DNA from: Bacillota bacterium
Lineage (GTDB): Bacteria; Bacillota; Sulfobacillia; JACIYH01
NCBI GenBank assembly: GCA_030019365.1
Contig: JASEFA010000001.1
Location: forward strand, 334,953-398,952
Reading direction: 5' to 3'
DNA length: 64,000 nucleotides
The position numbers and the translations under genes are program-made. Under the pieces are notes generated by a model. That model ran no database searches and was not told where the DNA came from. It was given only the letters and a program-made list of their open reading frames with translations. Below are positions 28,843 to 38,612 of this stretch, one piece after another; the stretch's first letter is position 1; every line of letters starts with the position of its first letter.

Positions 28843-30174
28843 CTATATGCGTCTGCCAGTCCGGGTAGACATCCCTACCCCGGCCGGACGCCAGATCATG
28901 CGCAGGGGAGCACCTTCCCACTCAAAGGCTTCGCGCAACCTGGTTTCCAGGTATCGTCGATACGAAGCAGGAACGGCATCGGGGTCGCTGGCCGTCACCA
29001 CGAAGGTGGGGGGTGCACTGGCCACCTGCTTGAGCGAAGGGATTCGCACCCCACCCGGAGGAGGCGTGCGGGCCACGGCGTCGGCCAGAAACCGTGCCAG
29101 AGCGCTGGCAGCCACCTCACGCCGGTAGGCGGCCGCCACCCGGTCCACCGCCCCGAGCAGCCGGGTCAGGCCCCGCCCGGTCCGGGCGGAAACGGCCCAG
29201 AGGGGGGCGTAGGCGACGAAAGATAGCCGGGCCGCAGCCCGGGCCATCACCTCGGGGCTCTCGGGGCCGGCAACGAGATCCCACTTGTTGAGGGCCACCA
29301 CCAGAGCCCTGCCGCTCTCGTGGATGTATCCGGCCAGGCGCTGGTCCTGCTGCACCACGCCCAGAGTGGCGTCTATGACCAGGATGGCCACATGAGCGCG
29401 GTCGATGGCGCGCAGGGCGCGCATGACGGCGTAGCGCTCCAGGGTGCGGCCTACCCGATCGGGCCGCCGCACCCCGGCGGTATCGACCAGAACGTAGGCC
29501 CGCTCTCCCCGGCGGAGGAGGCAATCCACCGTGTCCCGGGTAGTACCCGGCACCTCGGAGACGATGAGGCGCTTTTCCCCAAGCAGGGCATTGACCAGGG
29601 AAGACTTACCTGCGTTGGGACGCCCCACCACCGCTACCCGCACGGCCTGATCTGTCCCCGCCGGCGGTTCGCCGGCGGGGACAGGGAGCAGAGACACCAC
29701 CCGGTCCAGCAGGTCACCCACCCCGCGACCATGCAGGGCGGAGACGGGCAGGGGATCGCCCAGCCCCAGGCGGTGGAACTCCGCCGCGGCGCCGGCCCGG
29801 GCGGCGTTGTCGGCCTTGCCGGCCGCCACCAGCACGGCCTTGCCTGCCCGGCGCAGGAAATCGGCCACTTCCTCGTCCAGGGGGTGCAGCCCCTCGGTTA
29901 CATCCACCACCAGGATCACCAGGTCGGCTGCGGCCACTGCCGCCTCGGCCTGCTCCCTGACCTCCCGGGCCAGGTCGATGCCCCCCTCGGCCATGCCCCC
30001 CGTGTCCACCAGCACCATTTCCCGTCCCGCCCAGTCGGCCTCGGCGTACACGGGATCGCGGGTCACGCCCGGGGTTTCTTCCACGATGGAGCGCCGTTGC
30101 CCGATGATGCGGTTGAACAGGGCCGACTTGCCCACGTTGGGCCGCCCCACCAGGGCCACCAAGGGCCTGCTCAC
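28843..30174 (-). CDS. der: ribosome-biogenesis GTPase Der (EngA)
   Basis: Two tandem GTPase domains ('GRPNVGKSALFN', 'GRPNAGKSSLVN') and a KH-like C-terminus. GTG start overlaps the DUF512 stop as GTGA with a GGAGGTG SD. The 60-aa G/R extension in the ORF track is rejected. Confidence 0.9.
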   Translation of the reverse strand: MSRPLVALVGRPNVGKSALFNRIIGQRRSIVEETPGVTRDPVYAEADWAGREMVLVDTGGMAEGGIDLAREVREQAEAAVAAADLVILVVDVTEGLHPLDEEVADFLRRAGKAVLVAAGKADNAARAGAAAEFHRLGLGDPLPVSALHGRGVGDLLDRVVSLLPVPAGEPPAGTDQAVRVAVVGRPNAGKSSLVNALLGEKRLIVSEVPGTTRDTVDCLLRRGERAYVLVDTAGVRRPDRVGRTLERYAVMRALRAIDRAHVAILVIDATLGVVQQDQRLAGYIHESGRALVVALNKWDLVAGPESPEVMARAAARLSFVAYAPLWAVSARTGRGLTRLLGAVDRVAAAYRREVAASALARFLADAVARTPPPGGVRIPSLKQVASAPPTFVVTASDPDAVPASYRRYLETRLREAFEWEGAPLRMIWRPAGVGMSTRTGRRI

Positions 30175-31607
30175 CCCTCCCCCACCTCCGCCCGCCCGAC
30201 CGCGACCCCTTCCCACGGCTCCGCCCCGCGCGCGGAGCCGCCCGCGCGGCAGTCGCGCGCCGCCACCTCCGCTGCCGCCCGCGCCCCCCGCGCCGGGGCG
30301 AACCCCAGGGCGGTCCGCCTCAGGGCGGCCGGGCCGGGCGGCACCGCCCATACGGGCACCCCCAGGCTGCCAGCCAGGTCACTTACGCAGCGGTCATCCA
30401 GGAAACGGCCCCTGCTGTCCACGGCCACGCCGGGCACCAGCACCACGTCGCCCAGCGTTCCCTGGCGTGGGACCAGCGCCGCCTCCAGGTCAGTACCGGT
30501 GAGCAGCCCGGCCACGTCCACTCCCTCGCCCCAAAACGGCGAGGGCACTGCCACCACCTGCACTTCCAGCCCGCCCACGCTGCCCAGGTCTTCCGCCACC
30601 GGGCGTAGCAGGGGTGCTGCTGCCCGGCCGGTGGCGATGGTCACCCGGAAGCGGCCGCGGGGGTGCCTGCGGGGAAGGTGAGGCCGCTGCCGGGCCCAAC
30701 CCCGGAGGAAACCGGCCACCATCCCCACCCCGCTTTCCCACTGGGGAAAATCGTCATAGCTGGAAGCCGGGGGAAGGGGCAGTGCGGCCCGCAGGTACAC
30801 CTCGTCCGCCAGGTAGAGCACCGCCCGGCCCCACCGGCGCCGCATGCGGGCCTGGTGTGGCTCCGCCCACGCCACCAGGGCCGCCGCGCCCCCCGCGTCC
30901 AGGGGCACCAGCCCACGGCGGTGGTAGCGCGTCAGGCCCACGGGCACCACCGCCAGGGAGGCGAGCCCCGGTACCAGGGGCTCGAGGTCCCGCCAGGTGG
31001 CCTCCAGCACATCGCCGTCGTTGTACCCGGGACAGAGCACCGCCTGGCCGTGGAAGGTGATCCCTGCCCCCACCAATCGTCTCAGCAGGGGCAGGATTTC
31101 CCCGGGCGGCGGGCAGCCGAGCAGCCTTCGCCTGAGCGCGGGGTCGCTGGCATGGATGGAAACCCGCAGGGGGCTGAGCCGCTGCCTTACGATGCGTTCT
31201 ACGTCGGCGGCGCCCACATTGGTCAGGGTGACGTAGTTACCGTTCAGGAAGGACAGGCGGTAGTCGTCCTCGCGCACGTACAAGGTGGGCCGCAACCCGG
31301 GCGGCAGTTGATCCAGGAAGCAGAAGAGGCAGCAGTTCTGGCACCTGCGCACCCCGTCAAAGAGGGGATGCGCGAAACGCAGCCCCAGGTCGTCGTCCCA
31401 GGCCTTGTCGGTTTCGATCCGGTACGGCCCCGCCCCCTCCCGCCACAGGTCCAGGGTGACCCTGGGTCCCGCCACCTCGAAGCGGAAATCCAGCCAGTCG
31501 CACGGGGACCTGCCGTTGACCGCGAGCAAGCGGTCGCCTGGACGTATCCCCAGGCGCCAGCCCGTACCGCCGTATCCCACCCGCTCGATCGATACTGCGC
31601 TGTGCAC
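30171..31607 (-). CDS. DUF512 family protein (PDZ plus radical-SAM-like domain), conserved der partner
   Basis: PDZ-like N-terminus ('GIRPGDRLLAVNG') and the DUF512 body. Gene order upstream of der is typical of Firmicutes. The C-terminal tail may be over-extended. Confidence 0.7.
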   Translation of the reverse strand: MHSAVSIERVGYGGTGWRLGIRPGDRLLAVNGRSPCDWLDFRFEVAGPRVTLDLWREGAGPYRIETDKAWDDDLGLRFAHPLFDGVRRCQNCCLFCFLDQLPPGLRPTLYVREDDYRLSFLNGNYVTLTNVGAADVERIVRQRLSPLRVSIHASDPALRRRLLGCPPPGEILPLLRRLVGAGITFHGQAVLCPGYNDGDVLEATWRDLEPLVPGLASLAVVPVGLTRYHRRGLVPLDAGGAAALVAWAEPHQARMRRRWGRAVLYLADEVYLRAALPLPPASSYDDFPQWESGVGMVAGFLRGWARQRPHLPRRHPRGRFRVTIATGRAAAPLLRPVAEDLGSVGGLEVQVVAVPSPFWGEGVDVAGLLTGTDLEAALVPRQGTLGDVVLVPGVAVDSRGRFLDDRCVSDLAGSLGVPVWAVPPGPAALRRTALGFAPARGARAAAEVAARDCRAGGSARGAEPWEGVAVGRAEVGEG

Positions 31608-31723
31608 TCCACCGGCATTATAGCCCAGGCCCGGCCGCAGTCAACCGTCACCGCCCGTCACGGGCCACCTGCGGCGGCTCATGCCTGCGCTGCGGGAGCG
31701 GGTGGGGTACACCTGCGGTGGCG

Positions 31724-32749
31724 TCATGCTGGTTGCTGGGGAACCGGGGGTTCGCCGCGAGCAAGGGGAGCCACCGTGGGCCGCCGGAGTTTCAGCGCCC
31801 ACAGGACGAGCAGCACCACCCCGGTGGCCAGCGTGGCCACGCCCACCAGGCGCTGGAACGCCAGCACCCCGGACGCCATCGTCTCCAGCCAGGCCCGGGC
31901 CGGAAGTCCGGCGAACGCCGGCGGCATCTGCACGGCTGCGCAACGTTGCAGCAGCCACGGCTCCGCCACCACACCGATTCCTGCCACGGTCACGCCGGCC
32001 AGCAGGAACACGCAACCCACCCAGGAGGCGCTCACCCGGGAACGTCCACAAGCCAGCCACACCATCAGGGCCAGGAGCACGGCCAGCACCCCGGCCGCCG
32101 GAACTGCCAGGGACACGGCCCGCACGACCGGGCGCACCTGCCCGAGGGTGTGCTCAAGCTGGGCCAACTGCGGCGTGGAGGTCCCGGTCAGCTCGTCGGG
32201 CACTTTCCGCACGAACTCCTTGAACCCCGCGACCAGACGCGGCTCGGCCCGGGCGGCAGCCAGGAACTGCAACGCCCGTTGCTTGGGCTCGCGCAGGTCG
32301 AGGGACAGGCCGAGCGTGTCCGTCCTGGCCCGCAAGTAGGCAAACACTTGATTGACCAGCGCTTCCACCTGGCTCTTCGTCCAGTCGGCGGGCAGTGCGT
32401 AAGCCAGGCCCTCATGCACCAGGCGGGACAGCTCCCTCTGCTTGGCGTCGTTGGCGGCCTGGCCGGCCGCCTGCCCGATGAGGGCGTCGGCGACAGCGCC
32501 CGGTAGCAGCGACGGCAGGTTCGCCTTCTCGAAGGCACCGGTGTGGAAGGTGGCGCTCAGCGCGGTGCGGTCGATCACCAGCGCCAACTCACCCAGGAGG
32601 AGCACGACCAGCAGGGTCCCACAGAGCCCTACCAGGGTGAGCACCCGGGCCACCCGGCGGGGCCACCCGGGAACCACCCACATCACCAGTAACACCAGGA
32701 GAATGAAGGCGAAAACCCCGAGGACCATCCCCGCCGGACCCATCGCCAC
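31724..32749 (-). CDS. hypothetical membrane protein
   Basis: 341 aa. An N-terminal TM pair and C-terminal TM helices flank an Ala/Leu-rich soluble region. No family recognised. Confidence 0.45.
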   Translation of the reverse strand: MAMGPAGMVLGVFAFILLVLLVMWVVPGWPRRVARVLTLVGLCGTLLVVLLLGELALVIDRTALSATFHTGAFEKANLPSLLPGAVADALIGQAAGQAANDAKQRELSRLVHEGLAYALPADWTKSQVEALVNQVFAYLRARTDTLGLSLDLREPKQRALQFLAAARAEPRLVAGFKEFVRKVPDELTGTSTPQLAQLEHTLGQVRPVVRAVSLAVPAAGVLAVLLALMVWLACGRSRVSASWVGCVFLLAGVTVAGIGVVAEPWLLQRCAAVQMPPAFAGLPARAWLETMASGVLAFQRLVGVATLATGVVLLVLWALKLRRPTVAPLARGEPPVPQQPA

Positions 32750-32907
32750 CCGCCCCCCCTTACCAGGCTACGCCGCCCGGCAGCAACCGGTCATCGACCG
32801 TCAGGAGATGTCGCTTTGGTCGTGCCTAAGCGCATCATAGCACACGCGCACCCCGGCGGGAAGATCTGCCTTCGCTGGCAGCATTCGTATGGCGTACGAC
32901 CGGGGGG

Positions 32908-33624
32908 CTACCCGGTTCCGCCAGGGGACCCGCGGGCCTGCTCCACCACCCGCAGCAGCCGGGGGATATCCCTGGTTATGCCCAGGGCGGCCAGGGTGCG
33001 CCCCGGCCGCACCAGGCCCAGCCGCCGCGACGTATAGCCGCCCAGCTTGGTGAGCGGTCCCGCGCAGGCCAGGGTGTCGTGGTTGGCCACCCGTCCGTCC
33101 AGGCCCAGAACGCGGAGGAGGGCACCCAGCACCAGGTCCGTTCCCCGGGAGTCCCGGCCCCTGCCCATGGCGTAAACCCGGCGCCCGCGGTCGTCAGTGC
33201 CCAGGTAGAGGGGCCACCCCCGTTCCCAGGTCGGGGTGTGGTCGAAGAGGGGAAGGCTGGCCACGTCTCGCCAGGAAGGCCGTTCCGGAAGCTTGCCCAG
33301 GTGAATGGCGCCCGCCACCACGGAAGTGTGGGCCCCACCGAAGCAGTGGTACACGACGCAACGGGTGCCGTCGGCCACCGCCTCCACCCCGGGGGGAGGG
33401 GGAGGAGCCGGCCGGTTTCCGGGGAGAAGAACCTCCACCCGGCCGGGCGCCAGAATGTGGGCCCAGGCGGAAACCACCCGCGCTGCCAGGGGCAGGTGCC
33501 GACCTACCCGCAGAATGAAACCTGGCCTTCCCTGCCCGTCCTCGCCCAGCGGAACCAGGTCACCGGCCGGGCCGGGGCGCAGGTGCAGCACGACCCTCCT
33601 ATTTCCTGCCATTACCCCGGCCAC
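32908..33624 (-). CDS. hypothetical protein (possibly DUF3189-like)
   Basis: 238 aa with a 'VVYHCFGGAHTSVVAGAIHLG' motif. Weak resemblance to a Firmicutes DUF, so low confidence. Confidence 0.4.
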   Translation of the reverse strand: MAGVMAGNRRVVLHLRPGPAGDLVPLGEDGQGRPGFILRVGRHLPLAARVVSAWAHILAPGRVEVLLPGNRPAPPPPPGVEAVADGTRCVVYHCFGGAHTSVVAGAIHLGKLPERPSWRDVASLPLFDHTPTWERGWPLYLGTDDRGRRVYAMGRGRDSRGTDLVLGALLRVLGLDGRVANHDTLACAGPLTKLGGYTSRRLGLVRPGRTLAALGITRDIPRLLRVVEQARGSPGGTG

Positions 33625-34789
33625 CGCGCAAGGTCACTTCTCCCAGCCAGCGCTCCAGGCGACGCCGGGCCTCTTCCCAGCTACCCGTGCTCAGCCACAG
33701 GTACGCCCCGCCCAGCACACCGGCCAGCCCCAGTATCCACCACAGGGCACGCAGGGCACCCGCCGCCTCTCCGCCCCCTCCCACGGCCGGCCCGACCGCG
33801 CCTGCGGCGACGGGGACCGCATCCCCGAGCAGGCTGGCCCCCCGCTGAGCCTGCTCCTGGGTTACCTTCTCCGTCCCCACCTCGATGAGGATGTTGCGCG
33901 GATAGGTATCCTGGTTGAACTTCCCGCTCACATAGAGGATGCCCCGTACCAGCCCCGGATACATCCTGTCCGCCACCGCTTTGAGTCGCTCTGCGAAGGA
34001 GCTGTTGGCGGAGGTCTGGGGATTCTGCCGGCCAATCACGATCATGACCTGGCTGGTGGGCTGTCCGCCGATGTCGCGCAGGTATTCCTGGGCCGGGCCG
34101 GAGTCGCGGTGGACGTCGAAGATGGCCAGGGGACGGGAGCCGGCCAGGGCCACTGCTCCCCGCCGCGAGCGCTCGTAGGCCCTGCCGTCGTGGGGCAAGT
34201 AGAGGGACATGTCATGGACGGGGGTGATGCCCTTCTCCTTCAGACGGGAGGCCAGGCTGGCCCCCACCGCGAATACGCCTCCCCTGCCCTCCACGCTGGC
34301 CGCACCCTGGGAAGGCTCATAAGACTCGTCACTGTGGGTGTGATAGATGCCGACTACCCTCTGGGGAGCCTGCACGGGTTGCCCGGCGGAAACACGGGCC
34401 AGAAAGGTCCCCAGCTTCTCCCGCCAGTTGCCCGGGCGCGGGGGGAAGGAGAGGTGCCCGGTGGCGGGCGGGTAAGTGCCGAGGGCCCTGGCGACGGCCT
34501 CCTCATCGGCCGGGGTGAGCAGCGCACCCAGGTCTTCCTCACCGATCAGGCGGACCACCGCCCGCCGGTTGATCACCCGCACCACCCGGTAGCGACGGTT
34601 GTCGGCCGCCAAAAGCTCATCTCCGGGCCTCAAGACCAACCCCGTGGTCATGAGGTGCTGCCCGCCTTCGTCCACCACGGTCATGTAGGCGGGCGGTGCC
34701 AGCTCTTCCTCGGCCCGGACCGGGCGGGCGTCCACGACCCCCCACACAAGGAGCAGGGCCAGGCAGATCAGGAGTACCGGTCTCCTCAT
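33599..34789 (-). CDS. spoIIP: stage II sporulation protein P (engulfment amidase/endopeptidase)
   Basis: Signal anchor, then 'IYHTHSDESYEP', 'DVHRDS' and 'ILIEVG' SpoIIP signatures. Confidence 0.85.
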   Translation of the reverse strand: MRRPVLLICLALLLVWGVVDARPVRAEEELAPPAYMTVVDEGGQHLMTTGLVLRPGDELLAADNRRYRVVRVINRRAVVRLIGEEDLGALLTPADEEAVARALGTYPPATGHLSFPPRPGNWREKLGTFLARVSAGQPVQAPQRVVGIYHTHSDESYEPSQGAASVEGRGGVFAVGASLASRLKEKGITPVHDMSLYLPHDGRAYERSRRGAVALAGSRPLAIFDVHRDSGPAQEYLRDIGGQPTSQVMIVIGRQNPQTSANSSFAERLKAVADRMYPGLVRGILYVSGKFNQDTYPRNILIEVGTEKVTQEQAQRGASLLGDAVPVAAGAVGPAVGGGGEAAGALRALWWILGLAGVLGGAYLWLSTGSWEEARRRLERWLGEVTLRGGRGNGRK

Positions 34790-35499
34790 CGTTGCTCCCC
34801 CTCCTCGCCCGCGCCACCAGGTGGGGACCGGTCGCCCGGCCCCGGGGAGGGTGGGGCCGATGGGGGGCGTGGGGCTACCCTCTCCCGCAGCTCGCCGGCC
34901 AGCTCGGCCAGCGCGACGGCCAGCAGGGCCGCGATCACCACGGCGTCGAAGGCTCCTGCTCCTCCCACCCAGGTGCGGGTGGGATAGGGGCGCGCAAACC
35001 CCTCCACCCAGTGACCCAGGTCAGCCAGGATGGTACCGGTTGCCCCGGCGGCAAAGGCCGCCCGCCGGGACCGCCCGGCCAGGTAGGCTATGAGGCCGGC
35101 CACCGGACCGAATACGTAGGCGGGATCGATCCACATGGTCTGCTCCTCGGGAGGGAGTATCCGACCCAGGAGATACACCGCACCGCCTGCCAGCAGGGCT
35201 GCCAGGGTGCCGCGCCCCCGCTCCCCGGTGGTGTCGGTGGTGGCCAGGAGATACACGCTGATCCCGAGGGGAACCAGGCCGCCGCCCACGTTGATCACCA
35301 GTTCCCGCGGAGGTGGTACCAGGCGGAAATTGACCAGGCTGCCTGCCGCCATCACCAGCAGAACGACCAGGGCGGCGCGGTCACTCAGGCGCATGCGGTC
35401 CAGCACCCGGTGACCGGCCCCCAGGTAGATCAGCACCGCAACCGCGAGCAAAAGTACAGATCCCCAGGGCACGTACGACCCCTCCCCGGTCTTGGGCAA
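34786..35499 (-). CDS. DUF1614-like membrane protein
   Basis: 237 aa, multi-TM, with a Gly-rich loop 'NVGGGLVPLG'. 4-nt overlap with spoIIP. Confidence 0.5.
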   Translation of the reverse strand: MPKTGEGSYVPWGSVLLLAVAVLIYLGAGHRVLDRMRLSDRAALVVLLVMAAGSLVNFRLVPPPRELVINVGGGLVPLGISVYLLATTDTTGERGRGTLAALLAGGAVYLLGRILPPEEQTMWIDPAYVFGPVAGLIAYLAGRSRRAAFAAGATGTILADLGHWVEGFARPYPTRTWVGGAGAFDAVVIAALLAVALAELAGELRERVAPRPPSAPPSPGPGDRSPPGGAGEEGEQR

Positions 35500-35596
35500 A
35501 GGTAGCTTGCCCGGCCGGGAAAGGGGCTATGCCGGCAATGAGAAGCCCCCGGCTCTGGTTTCCGGGGGCAACCCTGGCACCGGCCCAAACGGCAGG

Positions 35597-37993
35597 CTAA
35601 TGGTTTTCTCTGTTGTTCAGCACTTCGCTCACGGCCGTGCTGAGGGGACCCGAGTTTCCCGCGGTGAGAAAGCGCTTGATCTCGGCCCGCTCCTGGTCCT
35701 GGAGCACCTGGCGCAGGGACAGGCCTATGCGCCGGTCGTGCGGGCGCATCCGCAGGATCTTGACCTTGACCTCCTCGCCCACGTTGAGGACTTCATCGGC
35801 CCGGGACACCCGGTCGCTGGACAGCTCGGACAGGTGCACCAGCCCTTCCACGCCGGGCTCCAGTTCCACGAAGGCTCCGAATGGGGCCAGCCTGGTCACC
35901 CGGCCCGTCACCACGTTCCCCACCGGGTACCGCTCCTGCACCGTCTGCCAGGGATCGGGGACCGTCTGCTTGAGCCCGAGCGAGATCTTGCCCTTCTCGC
36001 GGTCGAGACGGAGCACCATCACGTTGACCTCCTGGCCCTCGCGGAGCACCTCGGAAGGGTGGTTCACCCGTCCCCACGACATTTCGGAGACGTGCAGCAG
36101 CCCGTCCACCCCGCCCACGTCGATGAAGGCGCCGAAGTCGGTGATGCTCTTCACGATGCCGCTCCTGACCTGCCCTTCGGCAATGGTGGACCAGGTTTCC
36201 TCCCGCCTGCACCGGCGCTCCTCCTCGAGCACCACGCGCTGGGAAAGGATGCAGCGGCCCTTGCCCCTGTCCAGCTCGATCACTTTCAGGCGCAGCTTCT
36301 TCCCCGCGTACCTGCCCAGGTCCTGCACGTAACCCCGCTCGATCTGGGAGGCAGGAACGAAGCCCCGCAAGCCCACGTCCACCACCAGGCCGCCCTTGAC
36401 TTCCTGGATTACTTCGGCCTCGACCACCTGGCCTTCCTGGCGCACCTGCTTGAGCTGCTCCCAGGCCAGGATCTCGTCAGCCCGCTTCTTGGAGAGCTTC
36501 AGGATCTGCTCCTGGTTGTCGACGGAGAGCACGTACACGGTTATCTCGTCCCCGGGGCGTACGATCTCGTCGGGCGAAGTGAAGCGCCGCCGGGCCAGCT
36601 CTCCCAGCGGAATCACGCCCTCGGACTTGTATCCCACGTCCACCACCACGCCCTGGGGTGTCACCTCCAGCACCCGTCCCTGTACCAGGTCCCCGGGCTG
36701 TATGAGGCCGAGGCTCTGCTCCAGGAGGCTGACGTCCGACTCCGGCACTGCGGACTCCGGGGTCTCGTCGCCGCTCTCTGCCACCGGTGCCTCGTCCGCG
36801 GCGGGGACGGCGCTCTCCTCCACCACCGGTGCCTCGTCCGCGGCGGGGACGGCGCTCTCCTCCACCACCGGTGCCTCGTCCGCGGCGGGGACGGCACTCT
36901 CCTCCACCACCGGTGCCTCGTCCGCGGCGGGGACGGCACTCTCCTCCACCACCGGTGCCTCGTCCGCGGCGGGGACGGCGCTCTCCTCCACCGGGAGCGC
37001 CTGATCCTCCCCGGGAAGGGCCTCCGCCTCAGCGGCCCTGGTCTCCTCCTCCGGTGGTGCCACCTGGGGTGCCACCACGGCCTCGGTCACCACGGCATCC
37101 AGAGCAGCCGCCTCCTCCGACGCCTCTTCCAGATCTCTGCGACCCTCCAACTCGCTGCGATCCTCCCCACCTAGCTCCTGCACCTTGGCCACGACCTCCT
37201 TTATGACCCATTCCGGGGTAGAAGCCCCAGCAACGATGCCCACCGTGCCAACCCCTTCCAGCCACCGGGGTTGGAGATCCTCCGCCCTTTCCACCAGGCG
37301 AGCGGGGCAACCCTCTGCGCGCGCGATCTCGAGCAGGCGCCGGGTGTTGGCGCTATTGCAGTCGCCCACCACCAGGACCAGATCGGCTTCCCGGGCCACC
37401 TCCCGGGTGGCCTGCTGGCGCTGGGTGGTGGCCGTGCAGATGGTGTCGGCTACCCTCAACTCGTCGCACCGCTCCCCCAGTGCAGCGGCAACCTGCTCCA
37501 GCATCTCCCGGGGAAGAGTGGTCTGGGCCACCACCCCCACCCGCCCGGCAGGACTGAGATGGTCGACCTCTTCCAGGTCGCGCACCACCCGGGCCTGCCC
37601 TCCCAGCCATTCCACCAGGGCCCGGATCTCGGGATGGGAGGGGTCACCCACCACCACCACCTGGTAGCCCTGGTCGGCCAGGCGCTGCGCTTCCTCGCGG
37701 GCGCGCCTCACGAACGGGCAGGTGGCATCCAGCACTCTCAGCCCCCGGCACTGAGCTTCCTCGTATGACGAGGGGCCCGCGCCGTGGGTGCGGAAGATCA
37801 CGGTCTCCAGAGCATCGTCGAGGGACGAAACGCACCGGACGCCGGCCGCCTCCAGCTCGGCGACCACCCGCCGGTTATGGATAAGGGGCCCGAGAGTGGC
37901 CAGCGGGCCTTTCCCCGCCGCCTCCCGGGCCATGTGCACCGCTCTTTCCACCCCGAAACAGAAGCCAAAGTGCCTAGCCAGCAGTACCCTCAC
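35597..37993 (-). CDS. ispH-rpsA: bifunctional 4-hydroxy-3-methylbut-2-enyl diphosphate reductase (IspH/LytB) / ribosomal protein S1 fusion
   Basis: N-terminal IspH ('MRVLLARHFGFCFGVERAV…') followed by four S1 domains. The two parts are joined by a linker of five 14-aa repeats. Confidence 0.9.
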   Translation of the reverse strand: MRVLLARHFGFCFGVERAVHMAREAAGKGPLATLGPLIHNRRVVAELEAAGVRCVSSLDDALETVIFRTHGAGPSSYEEAQCRGLRVLDATCPFVRRAREEAQRLADQGYQVVVVGDPSHPEIRALVEWLGGQARVVRDLEEVDHLSPAGRVGVVAQTTLPREMLEQVAAALGERCDELRVADTICTATTQRQQATREVAREADLVLVVGDCNSANTRRLLEIARAEGCPARLVERAEDLQPRWLEGVGTVGIVAGASTPEWVIKEVVAKVQELGGEDRSELEGRRDLEEASEEAAALDAVVTEAVVAPQVAPPEEETRAAEAEALPGEDQALPVEESAVPAADEAPVVEESAVPAADEAPVVEESAVPAADEAPVVEESAVPAADEAPVVEESAVPAADEAPVAESGDETPESAVPESDVSLLEQSLGLIQPGDLVQGRVLEVTPQGVVVDVGYKSEGVIPLGELARRRFTSPDEIVRPGDEITVYVLSVDNQEQILKLSKKRADEILAWEQLKQVRQEGQVVEAEVIQEVKGGLVVDVGLRGFVPASQIERGYVQDLGRYAGKKLRLKVIELDRGKGRCILSQRVVLEEERRCRREETWSTIAEGQVRSGIVKSITDFGAFIDVGGVDGLLHVSEMSWGRVNHPSEVLREGQEVNVMVLRLDREKGKISLGLKQTVPDPWQTVQERYPVGNVVTGRVTRLAPFGAFVELEPGVEGLVHLSELSSDRVSRADEVLNVGEEVKVKILRMRPHDRRIGLSLRQVLQDQERAEIKRFLTAGNSGPLSTAVSEVLNNRENH
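36782..36991 (-). repeat. in-frame 42-bp tandem repeat ×5 (encodes 'EESAVPAADEAPVV' ×5) in the IspH–S1 linker
   Basis: Five copies of 'caccggtgcctcgtccgcggcggggacggcgctctcctccac', four identical to each other and one differing at 1 nt. Confidence 0.9.
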
Positions 37994-38612
37994 GACGCTT
38001 GCCTGCCTCGCTTGAAATAGAGCCTTCCAGCAACCCGGCTATCGCCCGGGCCATCTCGTCCCGGACCGCCCTCACCTTCTCCCTGGTGGGATTGGTATCC
38101 CGGCCGAGGTAGAGGGGCTTTCCGATACGGACGTGCAGCGGCTGAAACAGCCGGTAGGGACCGACGATGGCCATGGGTACCACCGCTGCCCCCGTGCGCA
38201 GCGCCAGCTTGGCTCCTCCGGTGCGCAGGGGCCCCAGCTGGCCGGTGCGGCTCCTGGTCCCTTCAGGGAACACGCCCACCGCCCGCCCCTGCTCCAGCAG
38301 TTGCAGGGACCTGCGCACGGTGGAGAGGTCTGCCCGCTGGCGGTCGACCGGATACGCGCCCAGGGCGGCGATGACGCTGCGCAGCACCGGTATCCGCCAG
38401 AGCTCCCGCTTGGCCATGAAGTACACCTGCCGGGTGGCGGCACATCCCACCACGGGTGGATCCCATGCGCTCAGGTGGTTGCAGCAGAACAGAACCGGCC
38501 CCTGGGGAGGGATGTGCTGCCGCCCCTCCACCTTCCAGAAGAACAGCACCTTGAGGACCGCCGTGACCAGATACCGCGCCAGCCGGTAGGCCAGGGTTAC
38601 CCGTCCTGACAC
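37974..38612 (-). CDS. plsC: 1-acyl-sn-glycerol-3-phosphate acyltransferase
   Basis: 'FCCNHLSAWDPPV' (HxxxxD) and 'VFPEGTRS' motifs. GTG start at 38612 with a GGAGGCGGTG SD. The 150-aa G/R-rich extension is rejected. Confidence 0.8.
   Translation of the reverse strand: MSGRVTLAYRLARYLVTAVLKVLFFWKVEGRQHIPPQGPVLFCCNHLSAWDPPVVGCAATRQVYFMAKRELWRIPVLRSVIAALGAYPVDRQRADLSTVRRSLQLLEQGRAVGVFPEGTRSRTGQLGPLRTGGAKLALRTGAAVVPMAIVGPYRLFQPLHVRIGKPLYLGRDTNPTREKVRAVRDEMARAIAGLLEGSISSEAGKRREGTAG

Noticed and set aside
30175-30351. Long Gly/Arg-rich N-terminal extensions on Der (also on PlsC 38613–39062, Cmk 39314–39457, NAPRTase 41608–41775, SurE 19448–19756, LigD-Pol and ligase)
   Set aside because: These are artefacts of extending ORFs to the nearest upstream stop. 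In each case an internal ATG/GTG/TTG with an SD, or a start overlapping the upstream stop, gives a protein matching family N-termini.
36782-36991. Tandem repeats examined as possible CRISPR array (also 48921–49010 and 55101–55154)
   Set aside because: Units are contiguous with no spacers, lie in-frame inside genes and no cas genes are nearby.
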